Below, one piece after another: positions 14,000-24,635 of a stretch of DNA of 64,000 nt. Position 1 is the first letter of the stretch, and each line of letters begins with the position of its first letter. Location: positions 5,434,637-5,498,636 of the forward strand of contig OZ220728.1 of NCBI GenBank assembly GCA_965116845.1, given 5' to 3'. The DNA is from Vicinamibacterales bacterium. GTDB lineage: Bacteria; Acidobacteriota; Vicinamibacteria; Vicinamibacterales; UBA8438. The translations under genes and the position numbers were made by a program. The notes under the pieces are model-generated. The model did not search any database. It was not told the DNA's origin and was given only the letters and a program-made list of their open reading frames with translations.

Positions 14000-14300
14000 C
14001 GGACGATGCGACGCGCTGCGCCATATCGTCCCGGATCACCTCGCGCGTGTGGGCCTCCACCGCCCGACCCGCAGCTTCGTTGCGTCGATGTCGGCGGCGC
14101 GGTGGCCGGGCTGCTGGATCCTCACCCGCGCCGGGTCGTCGGGCAGGCTGCAGCCGTGTTCGCGCGGTTGGAGGCGTCGCGCAGCGAGCCGAACGTCTTC
14201 TGCCAGCCGGCTGGGGCGATGTTGAGGCTCTTGCCCGTCTCGAGGTCGAGCGGGCGATCCGGCGGGTGCGCTCGCGCTCGAACTCGGCCGCCGCCGTGGC
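14000..14300 (-). pseudogene. Degraded relaxase/mobilisation nuclease fragment
   Basis: Pieces in three frames: LDLETGKSLNIAPAGWQKTFGSLRDASN / EHGCSLPDDPARVRIQQPGHRA / VEAHTREVIRDDMAQRV, matching my recollection of MOB(P)-type relaxases. Confidence 0.55.
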
Positions 14301-14665
14301 CCAGGTATACGTCCGGCGCCATGGCCTGCTGCAGCAGCACGGACGGCGAGACGCCAGCCGCCGCCGACCTCGGCCTGCCAGGCGGCATGCCGCCGGCGCC
14401 ACGCGGCCGCGGACGACTGCAGTGCGGCGGTCGGTCGTCGGCGCCCCGCCAAGGGGTCCGGGGGGCGGGGCCACCCGGCACCATGGTCAGGCCTATGGTC
14501 GCGCTGAGGTTGCCTGCGCCCATCGTGACCGGGGTGGACCAGGGTCGGGTAGCATCGCGCCTCGTCACGGCGGCGTCACCCCGGGCGGCGAGCGCAACGG
14601 GCCGTCGGGCAGGCGCTGGTAGTCGTCGGTCTGCTGCCGGCCAACCCGTCCGATAGAATGCCAGC

Positions 14666-15046
14666 GTGGGGGGACTCGACCGCTACGGCTACATCGCTGC
14701 GCGGGTCATGCTGGCGGCGAGCTTCCTGATGACCGGCTACGACAAGCTGGTCGACGTCGAGGACGCGGCGGGGGACATCGCCGAAGTCGGGCTGCCGTTG
14801 CCGGCGCTGCTGGCGGTCACCGCAGGACTCGCCGAGTTGGTGCGCGGTGCGTTCCTCGCCCTGGGCCGGAGGGCGGAGTGGGTCGCGGCGGGGCTGCTGC
14901 TGTTCCTCGTCCCGGTCACGGTGCTCATCGAGAACCCGCTACGCGCGGACGCTCATTTCGGTACGGTCATCGACTTCCTAAAGAACCTCGCGATCATGGC
15001 CGGGCTGCCGGTCGTCGTACTGAGGGAACGCCATGCGGGCCAGTGA
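14666..15046 (+). CDS. DoxX-family membrane protein
   Basis: ARVMLAASFL..GYDKL, DFLKNLAIMAGL; hydrophobic helices. Confidence 0.85.
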   Translation: MGGLDRYGYIAARVMLAASFLMTGYDKLVDVEDAAGDIAEVGLPLPALLAVTAGLAELVRGAFLALGRRAEWVAAGLLLFLVPVTVLIENPLRADAHFGTVIDFLKNLAIMAGLPVVVLRERHAGQ

Positions 15047-15401
15047 ACGGGAGCGGCTGCTGTTCTGGGTCTTCACGGGACTGCTGGCGGCCCTGATGGT
15101 CGGAAGCGCGGCGCGAGCGTTGCTCGACTACCCCTGGGCTCGGGCGTCGTTCGAGCATCTGGGGTACCCGACCTACATCATCGTGCCGCTGGAGATCGCG
15201 AAGCTACTCGGGGTTGCCGCGGTCCTCAGCAACGCGTCGTCGTTCCTGAAGAACTTGGCCTACGCGGGGTTCTTCTACCACCTGCTCCTCGCCCTGAGTG
15301 CGCACGTGGCCGCCGGTGATGGACCGGAGATGATGAGCGGGGCCGTGTTGGGGCTGGTGCTGCTGGCGGGCACGTTCCACTTCGACCGCAAGCGACCTTG
15401 A
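15033..15401 (+). CDS. DoxX-like family membrane protein
   Basis: FEHLGYPTY, AKLLG, LKNLAYAGF, AHVAAGDG. Confidence 0.85.
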   Translation: MRASERERLLFWVFTGLLAALMVGSAARALLDYPWARASFEHLGYPTYIIVPLEIAKLLGVAAVLSNASSFLKNLAYAGFFYHLLLALSAHVAAGDGPEMMSGAVLGLVLLAGTFHFDRKRP

Positions 15402-15503
15402 TCGCGACGGTCTGTAAGTTCATCCCACGTCCGGGGCGCAAAGGCAGTCGCAGATCGGGGACAATGACTGGCAGGTAGGGCGGACCGCGCAGAGAGGAAC
15501 GCT

Positions 15504-16301
15504 ATGCACACAGAACCTGGGGCCATGCCGATCTCTCGGATGCTTCGTTCCGCGTTCCACGCAGCCGCCGTGCTGGCGCTGGTCGCGGCGCCGGCAGCAG
15601 CGCAGCAGAGCTTCGATGCCGGAGGGCTGGTCTACGGGTCGGTGGGCGGCGGGTTTGGCGACGGCACGTTCGTCGCGACTGGCGCGGGCGTTGGTCTCCG
15701 GCTGACGCCGCATCTCGGCCTGGATGTGGAGCTGACACACCTGTCGGGCGCCGGTTCGGGCATGCCCACGCACGGGTACGGTGCGTTTTCTGGCTCTGTC
15801 ACGTCCGCCGCGGCGGATCCGGCCATGGAGGATCTCGCATCGCTCCCGCATGGATTCGACCCCTGGTTTCCGTCCGTCCGGATCGAGGACCAGCGCAGGG
15901 CCGTGACGACGTTCCTGACGAGATTCACGGTCGAGTTTCCGGTCGCGAATGGGCGGCTCTTCCCGTATCTGACCGGCGGCGGTGGGGTGGGTCGTGTGAC
16001 GGAACGGTTCAGCGTCGTCGTCGATCCGATTCCATGGATCCCGTTGGACCCGCTGGTTCCCGAATCGGTCGATCACCCGTCCGACGGCATCAACACCGTG
16101 CAGTTCTTCGACAGCTCCATCTTCCCGTCGCCGGGTGGGTACTCCGAGCTTGGCCTGAGCCTCGTGTTGGGCGGGGGCGTCGATGTGCGGTTGTGGCGCG
16201 GCCTCGGGGTCGGCGTGGATGTCCGGTGGCTGCGCATCCTTCGCAGCTACGACGCCTTCGACACGGCTCAGGTGACCTCGCGGGTGAGCTATCGGTTCTA
16301 G
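15504..16301 (+). CDS. Outer-membrane beta-barrel protein
   Basis: Signal peptide, alternating beta-strands, PYLTGGGG, C-terminal VSYRF. Confidence 0.8.
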   Translation: MHTEPGAMPISRMLRSAFHAAAVLALVAAPAAAQQSFDAGGLVYGSVGGGFGDGTFVATGAGVGLRLTPHLGLDVELTHLSGAGSGMPTHGYGAFSGSVTSAAADPAMEDLASLPHGFDPWFPSVRIEDQRRAVTTFLTRFTVEFPVANGRLFPYLTGGGGVGRVTERFSVVVDPIPWIPLDPLVPESVDHPSDGINTVQFFDSSIFPSPGGYSELGLSLVLGGGVDVRLWRGLGVGVDVRWLRILRSYDAFDTAQVTSRVSYRF

Positions 16302-16339
16302 ATGGCGAGCCTCGCTGCACGCAGCGTCTGCGGGCGTGG

Positions 16340-16550
16340 AAGCGGAGAACCTCGACGCCCGGAAAGCGGGTGAAGTCGCGATCCGTCGTGGCGAGGCGCC
16401 ATGCTCCAGCGCGAGGGCCGCGAGATGCGCGTCCATCACCATGGCGCCTTGGCCTGACCTTCCTCACAGATCGCGACGACGCCGCGCGCACCTTTGGAGA
16501 TCGGCACGTCGGGATCTCGCTCAGGGCGTACGGCGCGGAGAAGACGACCG
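16340..16550 (-). pseudogene. VapC/PIN toxin remnant (middle and C-terminal part)
   Basis: Frameshifted pieces ICEEGQAK / MVMDAHLAALALEHGA / LATTDRDFTRFPGV. Confidence 0.7.
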
Positions 16551-16608
16551 CAGTCCGACCACGCGTCTCGGAGCGTCGGAGCAACGAGCACAGGGCCGTC
16601 GGGCGCCC

Positions 16609-17313
16609 TCAGGGCCGCTCCACGGTGAGGCGACAGAGCAGCGTGTTGTGCGTCTCGAGGTCGGCGGTCCAGATCAACCGTGCTCCGTCCCGCCACCCGA
16701 TCGCGTCGTAGCCGCCCCGCGGCCTGACGTCGGCTTCGCTGTGCTCGACTGCCGAGGGCCACGCCGAATCGTCGAATTCGGGCCGGCGCCAGCCGTTCGG
16801 CTCCGGCGTCGCCGCGAACCGGCAGGGGCCGGCGCCGGGCACCGGCTCGGGCTCGTCCTCGCACGCGCGGTCGAGCGGCGCGTCGTGGAGCAGGAGGCAT
16901 CGCCAGGCGTCGTTCGTGACGGCGATCGTGGCTCCCGTGGCGACATCCGTGAACTGCGCGATGAGTCCGCCGTCGCCCATCTGCTGGTTGCCGCGTCCGA
17001 TGTACTCCAGGCCCGTATCGTCCTGCTTGAAGTCCTTGGCAACGAAATTCAACTGCAGGGGGTAGTCCGCGTTGAAGACGAACGCCTCGGCGTTGAACGA
17101 CCGCTCCGTCGTGATCGGCGTCGAGTCCTCGAGGATCAGGCGATCCTCCAGGTAGAAGGCGAACCAGTTGTCGGCCCACACCTCGCCCCGGATCGACACG
17201 GCGCCCGGGGTGTCGACGACGATGACCTCCGGCGCCTCCTCCGAGCCGCCGCAACCGACCAGCAGGGCGGCGGGGATCGCCAACGTCCAGGTCCATCGCC
17301 CGGCGGATCTCAT
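16609..17313 (-). CDS. Putative lipoprotein with Cys/Trp-rich beta domain (234 aa)
   Basis: LLVGC lipobox; WADNWF, ERSFNAE, QQMGDGGLIAQ, FDDSAWP; ATGA overlap with TetR stop. Confidence 0.75.
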   Translation of the reverse strand: MRSAGRWTWTLAIPAALLVGCGGSEEAPEVIVVDTPGAVSIRGEVWADNWFAFYLEDRLILEDSTPITTERSFNAEAFVFNADYPLQLNFVAKDFKQDDTGLEYIGRGNQQMGDGGLIAQFTDVATGATIAVTNDAWRCLLLHDAPLDRACEDEPEPVPGAGPCRFAATPEPNGWRRPEFDDSAWPSAVEHSEADVRPRGGYDAIGWRDGARLIWTADLETHNTLLCRLTVERP

Positions 17314-17981
17314 AGGCGGCTCCGCGTAGAGTCCGCCCGCTCGCTGCGAACCCCGCCGAGCAGCAGGCGGGCGTAGAAGTCCGCCACCGCGTCGTCGTCC
17401 GGCGCCTCGCCGTCGACGCCGTAGAGCTTCGTGTGCACCGCGTGCTGGGTCGGCACGGCGAGCAGCATCCCGCAGACGAGCTCGGGCGGCCCGGGACGGA
17501 ACGCGCCGGCGGCCTGACGCCGGGCGACGTAGCGCTCCAGGTACTCGATCAGGGGGTAGCGGCGCATCCGCTCCCACATGCGGGTGTTGGCGGCCCGCCC
17601 CTGCTCCAGCCAGCCGTAGAGCAGCATGCGGTGGAGGTTGCGGTCGCGCTCGTAGCCGATGCAGATCGACCGGATGAGCGTACGCAACAGCCCCTCGTCG
17701 TCCTGCCGCTCCTCGTAGCCCTCGAGGACCGCTACGAGTTGCGCGCTCCCCACCCCGGTCCGCTGCTCGAGCGCCGCCATGTACAGGGCGTCCTTGGACG
17801 GGAAGTGCCGGAAGATCGTCGCCTCGCTGATGCCGGCCGCCGCCGCGATCGCCTTCGTCGTCGAACCCCCGAAGCCCCGCTCGCCGAACACCGAGACGGC
17901 GACGTCGAGTATCTGCGCCCGGCGCCCCGCCGCGGTCAGCCGCTTGCGGGCGCGCGTCTCCGGCGCCGGCGCGAGCGTCAC
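17310..17981 (-). CDS. TetR/AcrR-family regulator
   Basis: RRAQILDVAVSVFGERGF...IAAAAGISEATIFRHFPSKDAL. Confidence 0.92.
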   Translation of the reverse strand: MTLAPAPETRARKRLTAAGRRAQILDVAVSVFGERGFGGSTTKAIAAAAGISEATIFRHFPSKDALYMAALEQRTGVGSAQLVAVLEGYEERQDDEGLLRTLIRSICIGYERDRNLHRMLLYGWLEQGRAANTRMWERMRRYPLIEYLERYVARRQAAGAFRPGPPELVCGMLLAVPTQHAVHTKLYGVDGEAPDDDAVADFYARLLLGGVRSERADSTRSRL

Positions 17982-18096
17982 GACCGCCGCCTCACGCACC
18001 GCTGCGGGGAGCGGCGCCGGCGGCCGGCCGCGGCACTGCCCGGGGCCGCGGCGGTTGTGCCCCGCCCGTCGCTATGGTACGCTGTGACGTTTCTGT

Positions 18097-18112
18097 AGTA
18101 ATCACTCACTTT
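18097..18112 (+). promoter_or_regulatory. Candidate TetR operator 1
   Basis: AGTAATCACTCACTTT, downstream of TG-N-TACGCT (18075-18083), in the divergent TetR/TonB-receptor gap. Confidence 0.6.
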
Positions 18113-18263
18113 GCCAGGGGCGCTACGGCGAACCGGAACCGCGCGCAGGCCGCACGAGCCGGACGACGCCGCAACCATACCGACGAAGCGCCCGCCCCGG
18201 CAAGACGAGTGGCTTCGACGTCGGCGGCGGGAGGCCGGCGGCGTCCGCGGAGGGAATCGAGGC

Positions 18264-21152
18264 ATGAACATGCACGTATCGACGCGTTGGGCGGCAGTTC
18301 TCTGTCTGGCCGCCCTCGTGCTCAACCCCGGCATCGTCCGGGGGCAGGACCAGGCCGGCGTCACGGGGACCGTCATCGACGAAACCGGCGCCGCGCTCCC
18401 CGGAACGACGGTCGAGGCTCGCAGCCCGGCCCTGATCGAAGGCGTGCGCACCGTGTTCACCAACGGCGCCGGCAACTACCGCTTCATCAGCCTGCCGCCC
18501 GGCACCTACTCGGTCACGTTCACGCTGCCCGGCTTCCGCCAGTTCATTCGCGAGGGCGTCGTGCTGACGGGGGCGTTCGTGGCGCCGGTCGACGCCACCC
18601 TCGAGGTCGGCGGCGTCGAGGAAACGGTGACCGTGACCGGCGTCTCCCCGCTGGTCGACGTCGTCAGCGTGCGGCAGCAGACCGTGCTGACCGCAGAGCG
18701 GATTCAGGCGCTCCCGGGATCGTCAAGCGTCATGACCGCCATGCAGTACGTGCCCGGCGTGCAGGGGAACTACAACAGTGCCTCGCTCGGCGCGGTCATC
18801 CACGGTTCCGACGGTCCGGACAGCCAGCCGCACGTCGACGGCATCAGGAGCGGCATGCAGCTCGGCTCCCGCAACACGTACGTCGGGGGCATCGGGCTGC
18901 TCACGGACGAGATGTCGGTCCAGGAGCTGGTCTTCGACGTCTCCTCGCAGTCGGCGGAGTATGCGTCGAGCGGCGTCCGGACGAACCTCATCCCGAAAGC
19001 GGGCGGCAACAACTTCTCCGGCGGGGTCTTCGCCGCGGGCGCCAACGAGAGCTTCGTCTGGGACAACCAGAGCCAGGAGCACAAGGACCTCGGGCTCCGC
19101 TTTGCCCCGAACGCCTTCAACTGGAACATCAATCCGTCGCTGGGCGGCCCGATCGTCAGCAACCGGCTCTGGTTCTTCACCTCGTTCACCGAGAGCCGCA
19201 GCAAGAGCTACATCCTCGACACCTTCTGGAACCCGGACGAGCCCTCCACGCCGGACGGCATCGGGGACGACCTGCGGGCCTTCAACAGCGTCGACAACGG
19301 TCAGCAGCAGTTCCGCCTCACCTGGCAGATCAACGACACCAACAAGCTGAGCGGGTCGTACCACGGGCACCGCAACAACTTCAACCATGTCGTCGGTACC
19401 GGGTTCGGCCGCGTCGCCGCGGAGGCGCTCTTCAACGGCGTGTCCAGCCCGACCAACCTGACCAACGTCCGCTGGACGGCGCCGATCACGAGCCGGCTCC
19501 TCGCCGAGGTGACCTTCGCCTACGGGCGGCAGGACCTCTACATGGGGGCGTTCGAGGAGAACCGGGGGCGCGTGCCGTTCCAGGACTGGGCAACGGGTCT
19601 CAGCTACAACACCAGCTTCATCAACATCGCCGACGAGACGCACCGGCGCCACTTGCAGGCGGCGGTCTCCTACGTCACCGGGTCGCACAACTTCAAGGCC
19701 GGCCTCACCTACCTGAACAACGCGCAGTACTACGCGTGGCCGGCAGCGGGCGACATCTTCCAGGCCTTCACCTTCCTCGGCAACCCCGCCGGCGCTCTCG
19801 TGATGGCGAACGGTGCGTTCGACAACGCGCGCCAGCAGAACTGCGACTGCGGGCTCTACGCGCAGGACGCCTGGACCATCGACCGCCTCACCCTCAACCT
19901 GGGCCTGCGCTACGACTGGTTCAACAACTCCATCCCCGGTGGCTCCCGGCCGGCCGGCTACTTCACGCCGGAGCTCCAGATCGACGGCTATCCCGACATC
20001 CCCGACTGGCAGGACTGGAACGTCCGGGTCGGTGCCGCGTACGACCTGTTCGGCGACGGCGTGACGGCGGTGAAGTTCTCGCTGGGGCGCTACGTGGCGA
20101 ACGAGGCGCTCGGGATCACGAACCGCTTCAACCCGCTCTCCCCGACCGGCAACCTCGACTTCCGGACGTGGGCCGACCTCAACGGCGACGGGACGCTGCT
20201 CGACCCGGACGGCACCCCGCAGTACGACGAGATCGGGCCGTCCTACAATCCCCGCTTCGGGACGCCGGTGAGCGCGAACTCCCTGGACCCGGACGCGCCG
20301 CGCGGCCACAACTGGGAATACTCGGGCGGCATCGAGCGCCAGTTGACGGACGGCTGGTCGATCAGCGGGATGTGGCATCGGCGCAACTACAGCGACTTCC
20401 GCTGGCACGACAACCTGAACATCGACGCCAGCAACTGGAGCCCGGTGACCTTCTCCGCGCCGAGCGACGCACGGTTGCCGAACGGCGGCGGCGAGGAGAT
20501 CACGATCTACGAGTGGAACCCGGGCTACGTCTTCTCGACCGGCAACGTCTACACGACGCTGGCCGAGGACGACTGGCGGACGTGGAACGGCTTCGAGGTG
20601 ATCGTCGACGGTACGCTTCCGCGGGGCGGGTTCATGAACGCGAGCTGGACGGCCGGGACCTCCGAGAACCACTTCTGCACGGGCGCCCGGGACAATCCCA
20701 ACTCGCGCCGCTTCTGCCACAACTCCACACCCTACCGGCACATGGGCAAGCTCTCCGGAGCCGTGCCGCTGCCGTTCGACACCATGATCTCCGGCCTCTT
20801 CCAGATGTTCGCGGGCGATGCGCAGGGCGCGTTCTATCGCGCCGGCGCGTTCGACACCGGAGGCCGCCCGCTGAACGTCCAGGATGAATCCATCTCCCTC
20901 CAGCTCATCGAGCCGGGCACGATGTTCTACGACGCCACCACGCGGCTGCAGCTCCGCTTCATGAAGGACATGGACATCGGCAACTGGCAAACGCGCGTCT
21001 ACATGACGGCCGACAACATCTTCAACAAGGCCGCCGTGACACGGCGCAACGAGGTCTTCGGCGGGGGCGGCGAGCAGAACATCGACTTCCACCGGCCGGT
21101 GAACATCCAGGCCGGCCGGCGGCTGTCGTTCGGCATCCAGACGAGCTTCTAG
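18264..21152 (+). CDS. TonB-dependent receptor-like (Oar-type) outer-membrane protein with carboxypeptidase-regulatory-like N-domain (962 aa)
   Basis: Signal peptide, GTVIDETGAALPG, LPPGTYSVTFTLPGF, YAQDAWTIDRLTLNLGLRYD, terminal Phe. Confidence 0.9.
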   Translation: MNMHVSTRWAAVLCLAALVLNPGIVRGQDQAGVTGTVIDETGAALPGTTVEARSPALIEGVRTVFTNGAGNYRFISLPPGTYSVTFTLPGFRQFIREGVVLTGAFVAPVDATLEVGGVEETVTVTGVSPLVDVVSVRQQTVLTAERIQALPGSSSVMTAMQYVPGVQGNYNSASLGAVIHGSDGPDSQPHVDGIRSGMQLGSRNTYVGGIGLLTDEMSVQELVFDVSSQSAEYASSGVRTNLIPKAGGNNFSGGVFAAGANESFVWDNQSQEHKDLGLRFAPNAFNWNINPSLGGPIVSNRLWFFTSFTESRSKSYILDTFWNPDEPSTPDGIGDDLRAFNSVDNGQQQFRLTWQINDTNKLSGSYHGHRNNFNHVVGTGFGRVAAEALFNGVSSPTNLTNVRWTAPITSRLLAEVTFAYGRQDLYMGAFEENRGRVPFQDWATGLSYNTSFINIADETHRRHLQAAVSYVTGSHNFKAGLTYLNNAQYYAWPAAGDIFQAFTFLGNPAGALVMANGAFDNARQQNCDCGLYAQDAWTIDRLTLNLGLRYDWFNNSIPGGSRPAGYFTPELQIDGYPDIPDWQDWNVRVGAAYDLFGDGVTAVKFSLGRYVANEALGITNRFNPLSPTGNLDFRTWADLNGDGTLLDPDGTPQYDEIGPSYNPRFGTPVSANSLDPDAPRGHNWEYSGGIERQLTDGWSISGMWHRRNYSDFRWHDNLNIDASNWSPVTFSAPSDARLPNGGGEEITIYEWNPGYVFSTGNVYTTLAEDDWRTWNGFEVIVDGTLPRGGFMNASWTAGTSENHFCTGARDNPNSRRFCHNSTPYRHMGKLSGAVPLPFDTMISGLFQMFAGDAQGAFYRAGAFDTGGRPLNVQDESISLQLIEPGTMFYDATTRLQLRFMKDMDIGNWQTRVYMTADNIFNKAAVTRRNEVFGGGGEQNIDFHRPVNIQAGRRLSFGIQTSF

Positions 21153-21192
21153 CTGAGGCGCCCTACGGGGCGCGTCCGCCCACGAGCGCAGC

Positions 21193-23220
21193 ATGCCAGC
21201 CGCGTCCACGGGCCGGAGGCCGGCGGGGATCGTCCTCGCCGGCCTCGCCTTGGGTGCGACACTCGCTGCGCAGGCCCCCCAACTTCAGCAACCCGACTTC
21301 CGGAGCGGCGTCGACCTCATCGAGGTCGATGCCTGGGTAGTCGACCGGGAGGGCGTCCCCGTCCCGGACCTTGTCGCGTCCGACTTCCTGGTCGCCGTCG
21401 ACGGAGAGCCCCGCCCGGTCGTCGAGGCGCAGTTCATCCCCCTCGGGCCGCCGCGGCGCGAACCGCCGGCAACCGCAGTGGCCGCACCGACCGGACCGTT
21501 CTTCTCCTCCAACGCGGACCAGCCGCCGGGACGGCTGATCGTCCTCGCCATCGACGAGGAGAGCTTCCTCTTCGGCGAAGGGCGGCACGTGATGCAGGCG
21601 GCCGGCGCCTTCGTCGACACGCTCGATCCGGCGGATCGGGTGGCGCTGCTCGCCGTGCCCCAGCCCGGGGCCTATATCGACTTCACCGCGGATCACGACC
21701 GGGTCCGGCGCGCCGTCGCGGGCCTGGCGGGGCGCGGACACCCCCCGCAAGCCAGCCTCAACATCGGTCTCTTCGAGGCCTATCAGATCGCGGTCTACGG
21801 GAACATCGGCGCGGAGGAGCAGGTCGTCGCCCGCGTCTGCGCGGCCGACATCGGGGTCGTGGCCTGCCGCCAACTGGTGCGGGCGGAAACCCGGCAGATC
21901 GTCAACGAGACGCGCAACCGCACGGATGCCGTGCGCCGCGAGCTGGAGTCCATCCTGGAGGGCCTGCGCGAGCTCGAGGGGCCCAAAGCCCTGGTCTGGG
22001 TCTCCGGCGGCTTCGTGATCGACGGCGCAGGGCTGACGCTGCGGGAAGTCGAGCGGCGGGCCGCGGCGGCGCGCACGACGCTCTACGTGGTCATGGTCGA
22101 CGAGCCGCTCATCGACCTGTCGCAACGCGAGCTGGCGCCGACGCCGCGGCAGGATCGCCGGATGCAGGAGGAGGGTCTCCTCGCCGCCGCGTCGCTGACG
22201 GGAGGGCGTCTGCTCCGGGCCGGCAACAACCCCGGCCCCCTCTTCGACCGGATCCGCAGCGAGCTCACCGGCTACTACTTGCTCGGCGTCGAGTCGCGGC
22301 CCGCGGACGCCGTGCGCGAGAGCCTGGCGATCGAGGTGGCGGTGCGGCGGGCCGGGGCGCGCGTCCGCGCGGGGCGGACGGTGCGCCTCCCGCCGGAGAC
22401 GGCGGCCCCCGGAGAAGCCGAGCGCCTGGCGCGCATGCTGCTCTCCCCGACCGCCACCCGCGAGCTTCCGGTCCGCGTCGCGACATACGCGTACCGCATT
22501 GCCGACAGTCCCGGCCTGCAGATCCTGACGGCCCTGGAGGTCGGCGCCCCCGGCGGCCTCTCCCCGTTGACGGTGTCATACCTGCTGCGCGATCCCGCAA
22601 GCACGACGGGGTGGGCGGAGACCCTGCCGGTGACGCCGCGGCTGGCGTCCGGCCCCGATGGGCCGGTGCTGGAGCTCTCCCTCCCGATCCCGGTGGAGGT
22701 GCCGGGCCGCTACATCTTGCGGGTCGCGGTGATCGACGCCGAGGGACGCCGGGGCAGCGTGGCGCATCCGGTCCGGCTCGAACGGGCGCCGCCGGCGCCG
22801 GTGGCGGCCGGCGACCTGCTGGTGGCGGATCAGGCTGCGTCGCCGGCCGGGAACATTCGTCCGCGGGTCGAAGCGCAGGTCGCGAGTGGACAACTGCTGG
22901 CGTACACGGAGCTGTACGCGGCGTCGCCCGAGGCCTGGGAGCGGACCGCCGTCCACCTCGAGGTGGTCGCCGACGCCGCCGGCGCGGTGCTCGCGCGGGG
23001 GTCCGCAACCCTGGACGCTGCCGACGCCGGCGCCGGCGCCGGCGCCGGCGCCGCGCGCCGCCGCGTGACCGGCATCGTGAGCGTCGCGCACCTCCCTCCG
23101 GGGCGCTACGTCGCCCGCGTCCGGGCGGTGCACGGCGCCACAGAGGCGGCCCGAACGCTGCGGCCGTTCCGGGTGACGGCGCCCTCGACCTCCGGCGAGA
23201 TCGCCCCGTCCCCTCCTTGA
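21193..23220 (+). CDS. Acidobacterial VWFA-related domain protein (675 aa)
   Basis: FRSGVDLIEVDAWVVDREG, IVLAIDEES, GPKALVWVSGG, TGG, YYLLG. Confidence 0.85.
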   Translation: MPAASTGRRPAGIVLAGLALGATLAAQAPQLQQPDFRSGVDLIEVDAWVVDREGVPVPDLVASDFLVAVDGEPRPVVEAQFIPLGPPRREPPATAVAAPTGPFFSSNADQPPGRLIVLAIDEESFLFGEGRHVMQAAGAFVDTLDPADRVALLAVPQPGAYIDFTADHDRVRRAVAGLAGRGHPPQASLNIGLFEAYQIAVYGNIGAEEQVVARVCAADIGVVACRQLVRAETRQIVNETRNRTDAVRRELESILEGLRELEGPKALVWVSGGFVIDGAGLTLREVERRAAAARTTLYVVMVDEPLIDLSQRELAPTPRQDRRMQEEGLLAAASLTGGRLLRAGNNPGPLFDRIRSELTGYYLLGVESRPADAVRESLAIEVAVRRAGARVRAGRTVRLPPETAAPGEAERLARMLLSPTATRELPVRVATYAYRIADSPGLQILTALEVGAPGGLSPLTVSYLLRDPASTTGWAETLPVTPRLASGPDGPVLELSLPIPVEVPGRYILRVAVIDAEGRRGSVAHPVRLERAPPAPVAAGDLLVADQAASPAGNIRPRVEAQVASGQLLAYTELYAASPEAWERTAVHLEVVADAAGAVLARGSATLDAADAGAGAGAGAARRRVTGIVSVAHLPPGRYVARVRAVHGATEAARTLRPFRVTAPSTSGEIAPSPP

Positions 23221-23268
23221 CCGGCGCGCGGGAGCGTTGATAGAGTCACCGGAGTATTCACTCACTTT
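23217..23268 (+). promoter_or_regulatory. Promoter plus candidate TetR operator 2
   Basis: TTGACC, 18 bp, TAGAGT (23241-23246); AGTATTCACTCACTTT at 23253-23268, 15/16 identical to operator 1. Confidence 0.6.
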
Positions 23269-23353
23269 CGGCAGGACCGCTTCACCCGGCTCCGTCGCGG
23301 GCTCGTTCCGCGGCTCGGCCGAACGTCGCCAGCCCCTCCAGGAGCCGACAGGC

Positions 23354-24622
23354 ATGATCGCAACTCGACCTCTCGACCGCCGCACGTTCCTCCGGGCCTC
23401 CGGCGTCGCGATGGCGCTGCCGCTGCTCGAATCCATGTCCCCGGCCCTGGCCCGCGCCGCCAGCACGGCACCCCGGCGGATGGTGACCATCTGCAGCACG
23501 CTCGGGCTCTACTCGTCGTCATGGTTCCCGAAGACGGCGGGCGCCGGCTACGAGCCCACCGAGTACCTGTCGCTCATCGACGGGCACCGCTCGCGCTACA
23601 CCCTCTTCTCGGGCTTCTCGCACGAGGAGCAGAGCGGCCGGCAGCCCCACAACTCCGAGATCACCTGGCTGACGGCGGCGCGCCGGCCGGGGCTCGACGG
23701 CTTCCGCAACACCGTCTCGCTCGACCAGGTGGCGGCGGACCACTTCGGCTACGTGACGCGCTTCCCGTCCGTGGTCCTCGGGACGGCGATCGCGCAGAGC
23801 CAGTCCTACACCCGCAGCGGGGCCATGGTGCCCGCCGAGACGAGCCCGGCGAGCCTGTTCCGGAAGCTCTTCCTGCAGGGCACGCCCGAGGAAGTCGAGC
23901 GCGAGGCGCGGCGCCTCAACGACGGCGGCAGCATCCTCGACCGCCTGAAGTCGCAGACGGCGGCGCTTCGCCGGCGCGCCAGCACGGCCGATCAACGCAA
24001 GCTCGACGCCTACTTCGACGCCGTGCGCGGCGCCGAGCAGGAGCTGACCGAGGTCCAGGGCTGGCTCGACCACCCGAAGCCGGTCGTCGACGAGGCGCCG
24101 CCCGCGGACATCCCGGACCGTGCGGACCTCGTCGGCCGCATCCGCCTGATGTTCCGCATGATCCCGCTGATCCTGGAGACCGACTCGTCGCGCGTCGTCA
24201 GCATGATGATCCACGACCACGGGGTGGTTCCGCAGGTCCAGGGCGTGACCGGCGACCAGCACAGCCTGTCGCACCACGGTCAGGACGGGACCAAGATCGC
24301 CCAGTTGAAGCGGATCGAGGCGCAGGTCGTCAGCGCCTTCGGCGACCTGTTGACCGCGCTCCAGGAGCGCAGCGACGAGGGCGGCCCCCTGCTCGACAGC
24401 ACGACGGTGCTGTTCGGGAGCAACCTCGGCAACGCCAACGCGCACACGCCCGTCGACCTGCCGATCCTGGTCGCCGGCGGCGGCTTCACGCACGGCACCC
24501 ACGTCGCCCACGGGGGCCAGCACAACGCGCCGCTCTGCAACCTGTTCGTCACGATGCTCCAGAACCTGGGCGTCGAGACCGACGCGTTCGGGCAGAGCAC
24601 CGGCACGCTCACCTGGGCGTAG
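23354..24622 (+). CDS. DUF1552 domain protein with Tat-like signal (422 aa)
   Basis: DRRTFLRASGVAMALPLLESM, SLDQVAA, HSLSHH, NAHTPVDLP, PLCNLFVTML. Confidence 0.9.
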   Translation: MIATRPLDRRTFLRASGVAMALPLLESMSPALARAASTAPRRMVTICSTLGLYSSSWFPKTAGAGYEPTEYLSLIDGHRSRYTLFSGFSHEEQSGRQPHNSEITWLTAARRPGLDGFRNTVSLDQVAADHFGYVTRFPSVVLGTAIAQSQSYTRSGAMVPAETSPASLFRKLFLQGTPEEVEREARRLNDGGSILDRLKSQTAALRRRASTADQRKLDAYFDAVRGAEQELTEVQGWLDHPKPVVDEAPPADIPDRADLVGRIRLMFRMIPLILETDSSRVVSMMIHDHGVVPQVQGVTGDQHSLSHHGQDGTKIAQLKRIEAQVVSAFGDLLTALQERSDEGGPLLDSTTVLFGSNLGNANAHTPVDLPILVAGGGFTHGTHVAHGGQHNAPLCNLFVTMLQNLGVETDAFGQSTGTLTWA

Positions 24623-24635
24623 GAGACAGCAGGCC

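Noticed and set aside
23026-23052. (GCCGGC)4 microsatellite in the VWA gene
   Set aside because: In-frame Ala-Gly linker; unit changes would not shift the frame.
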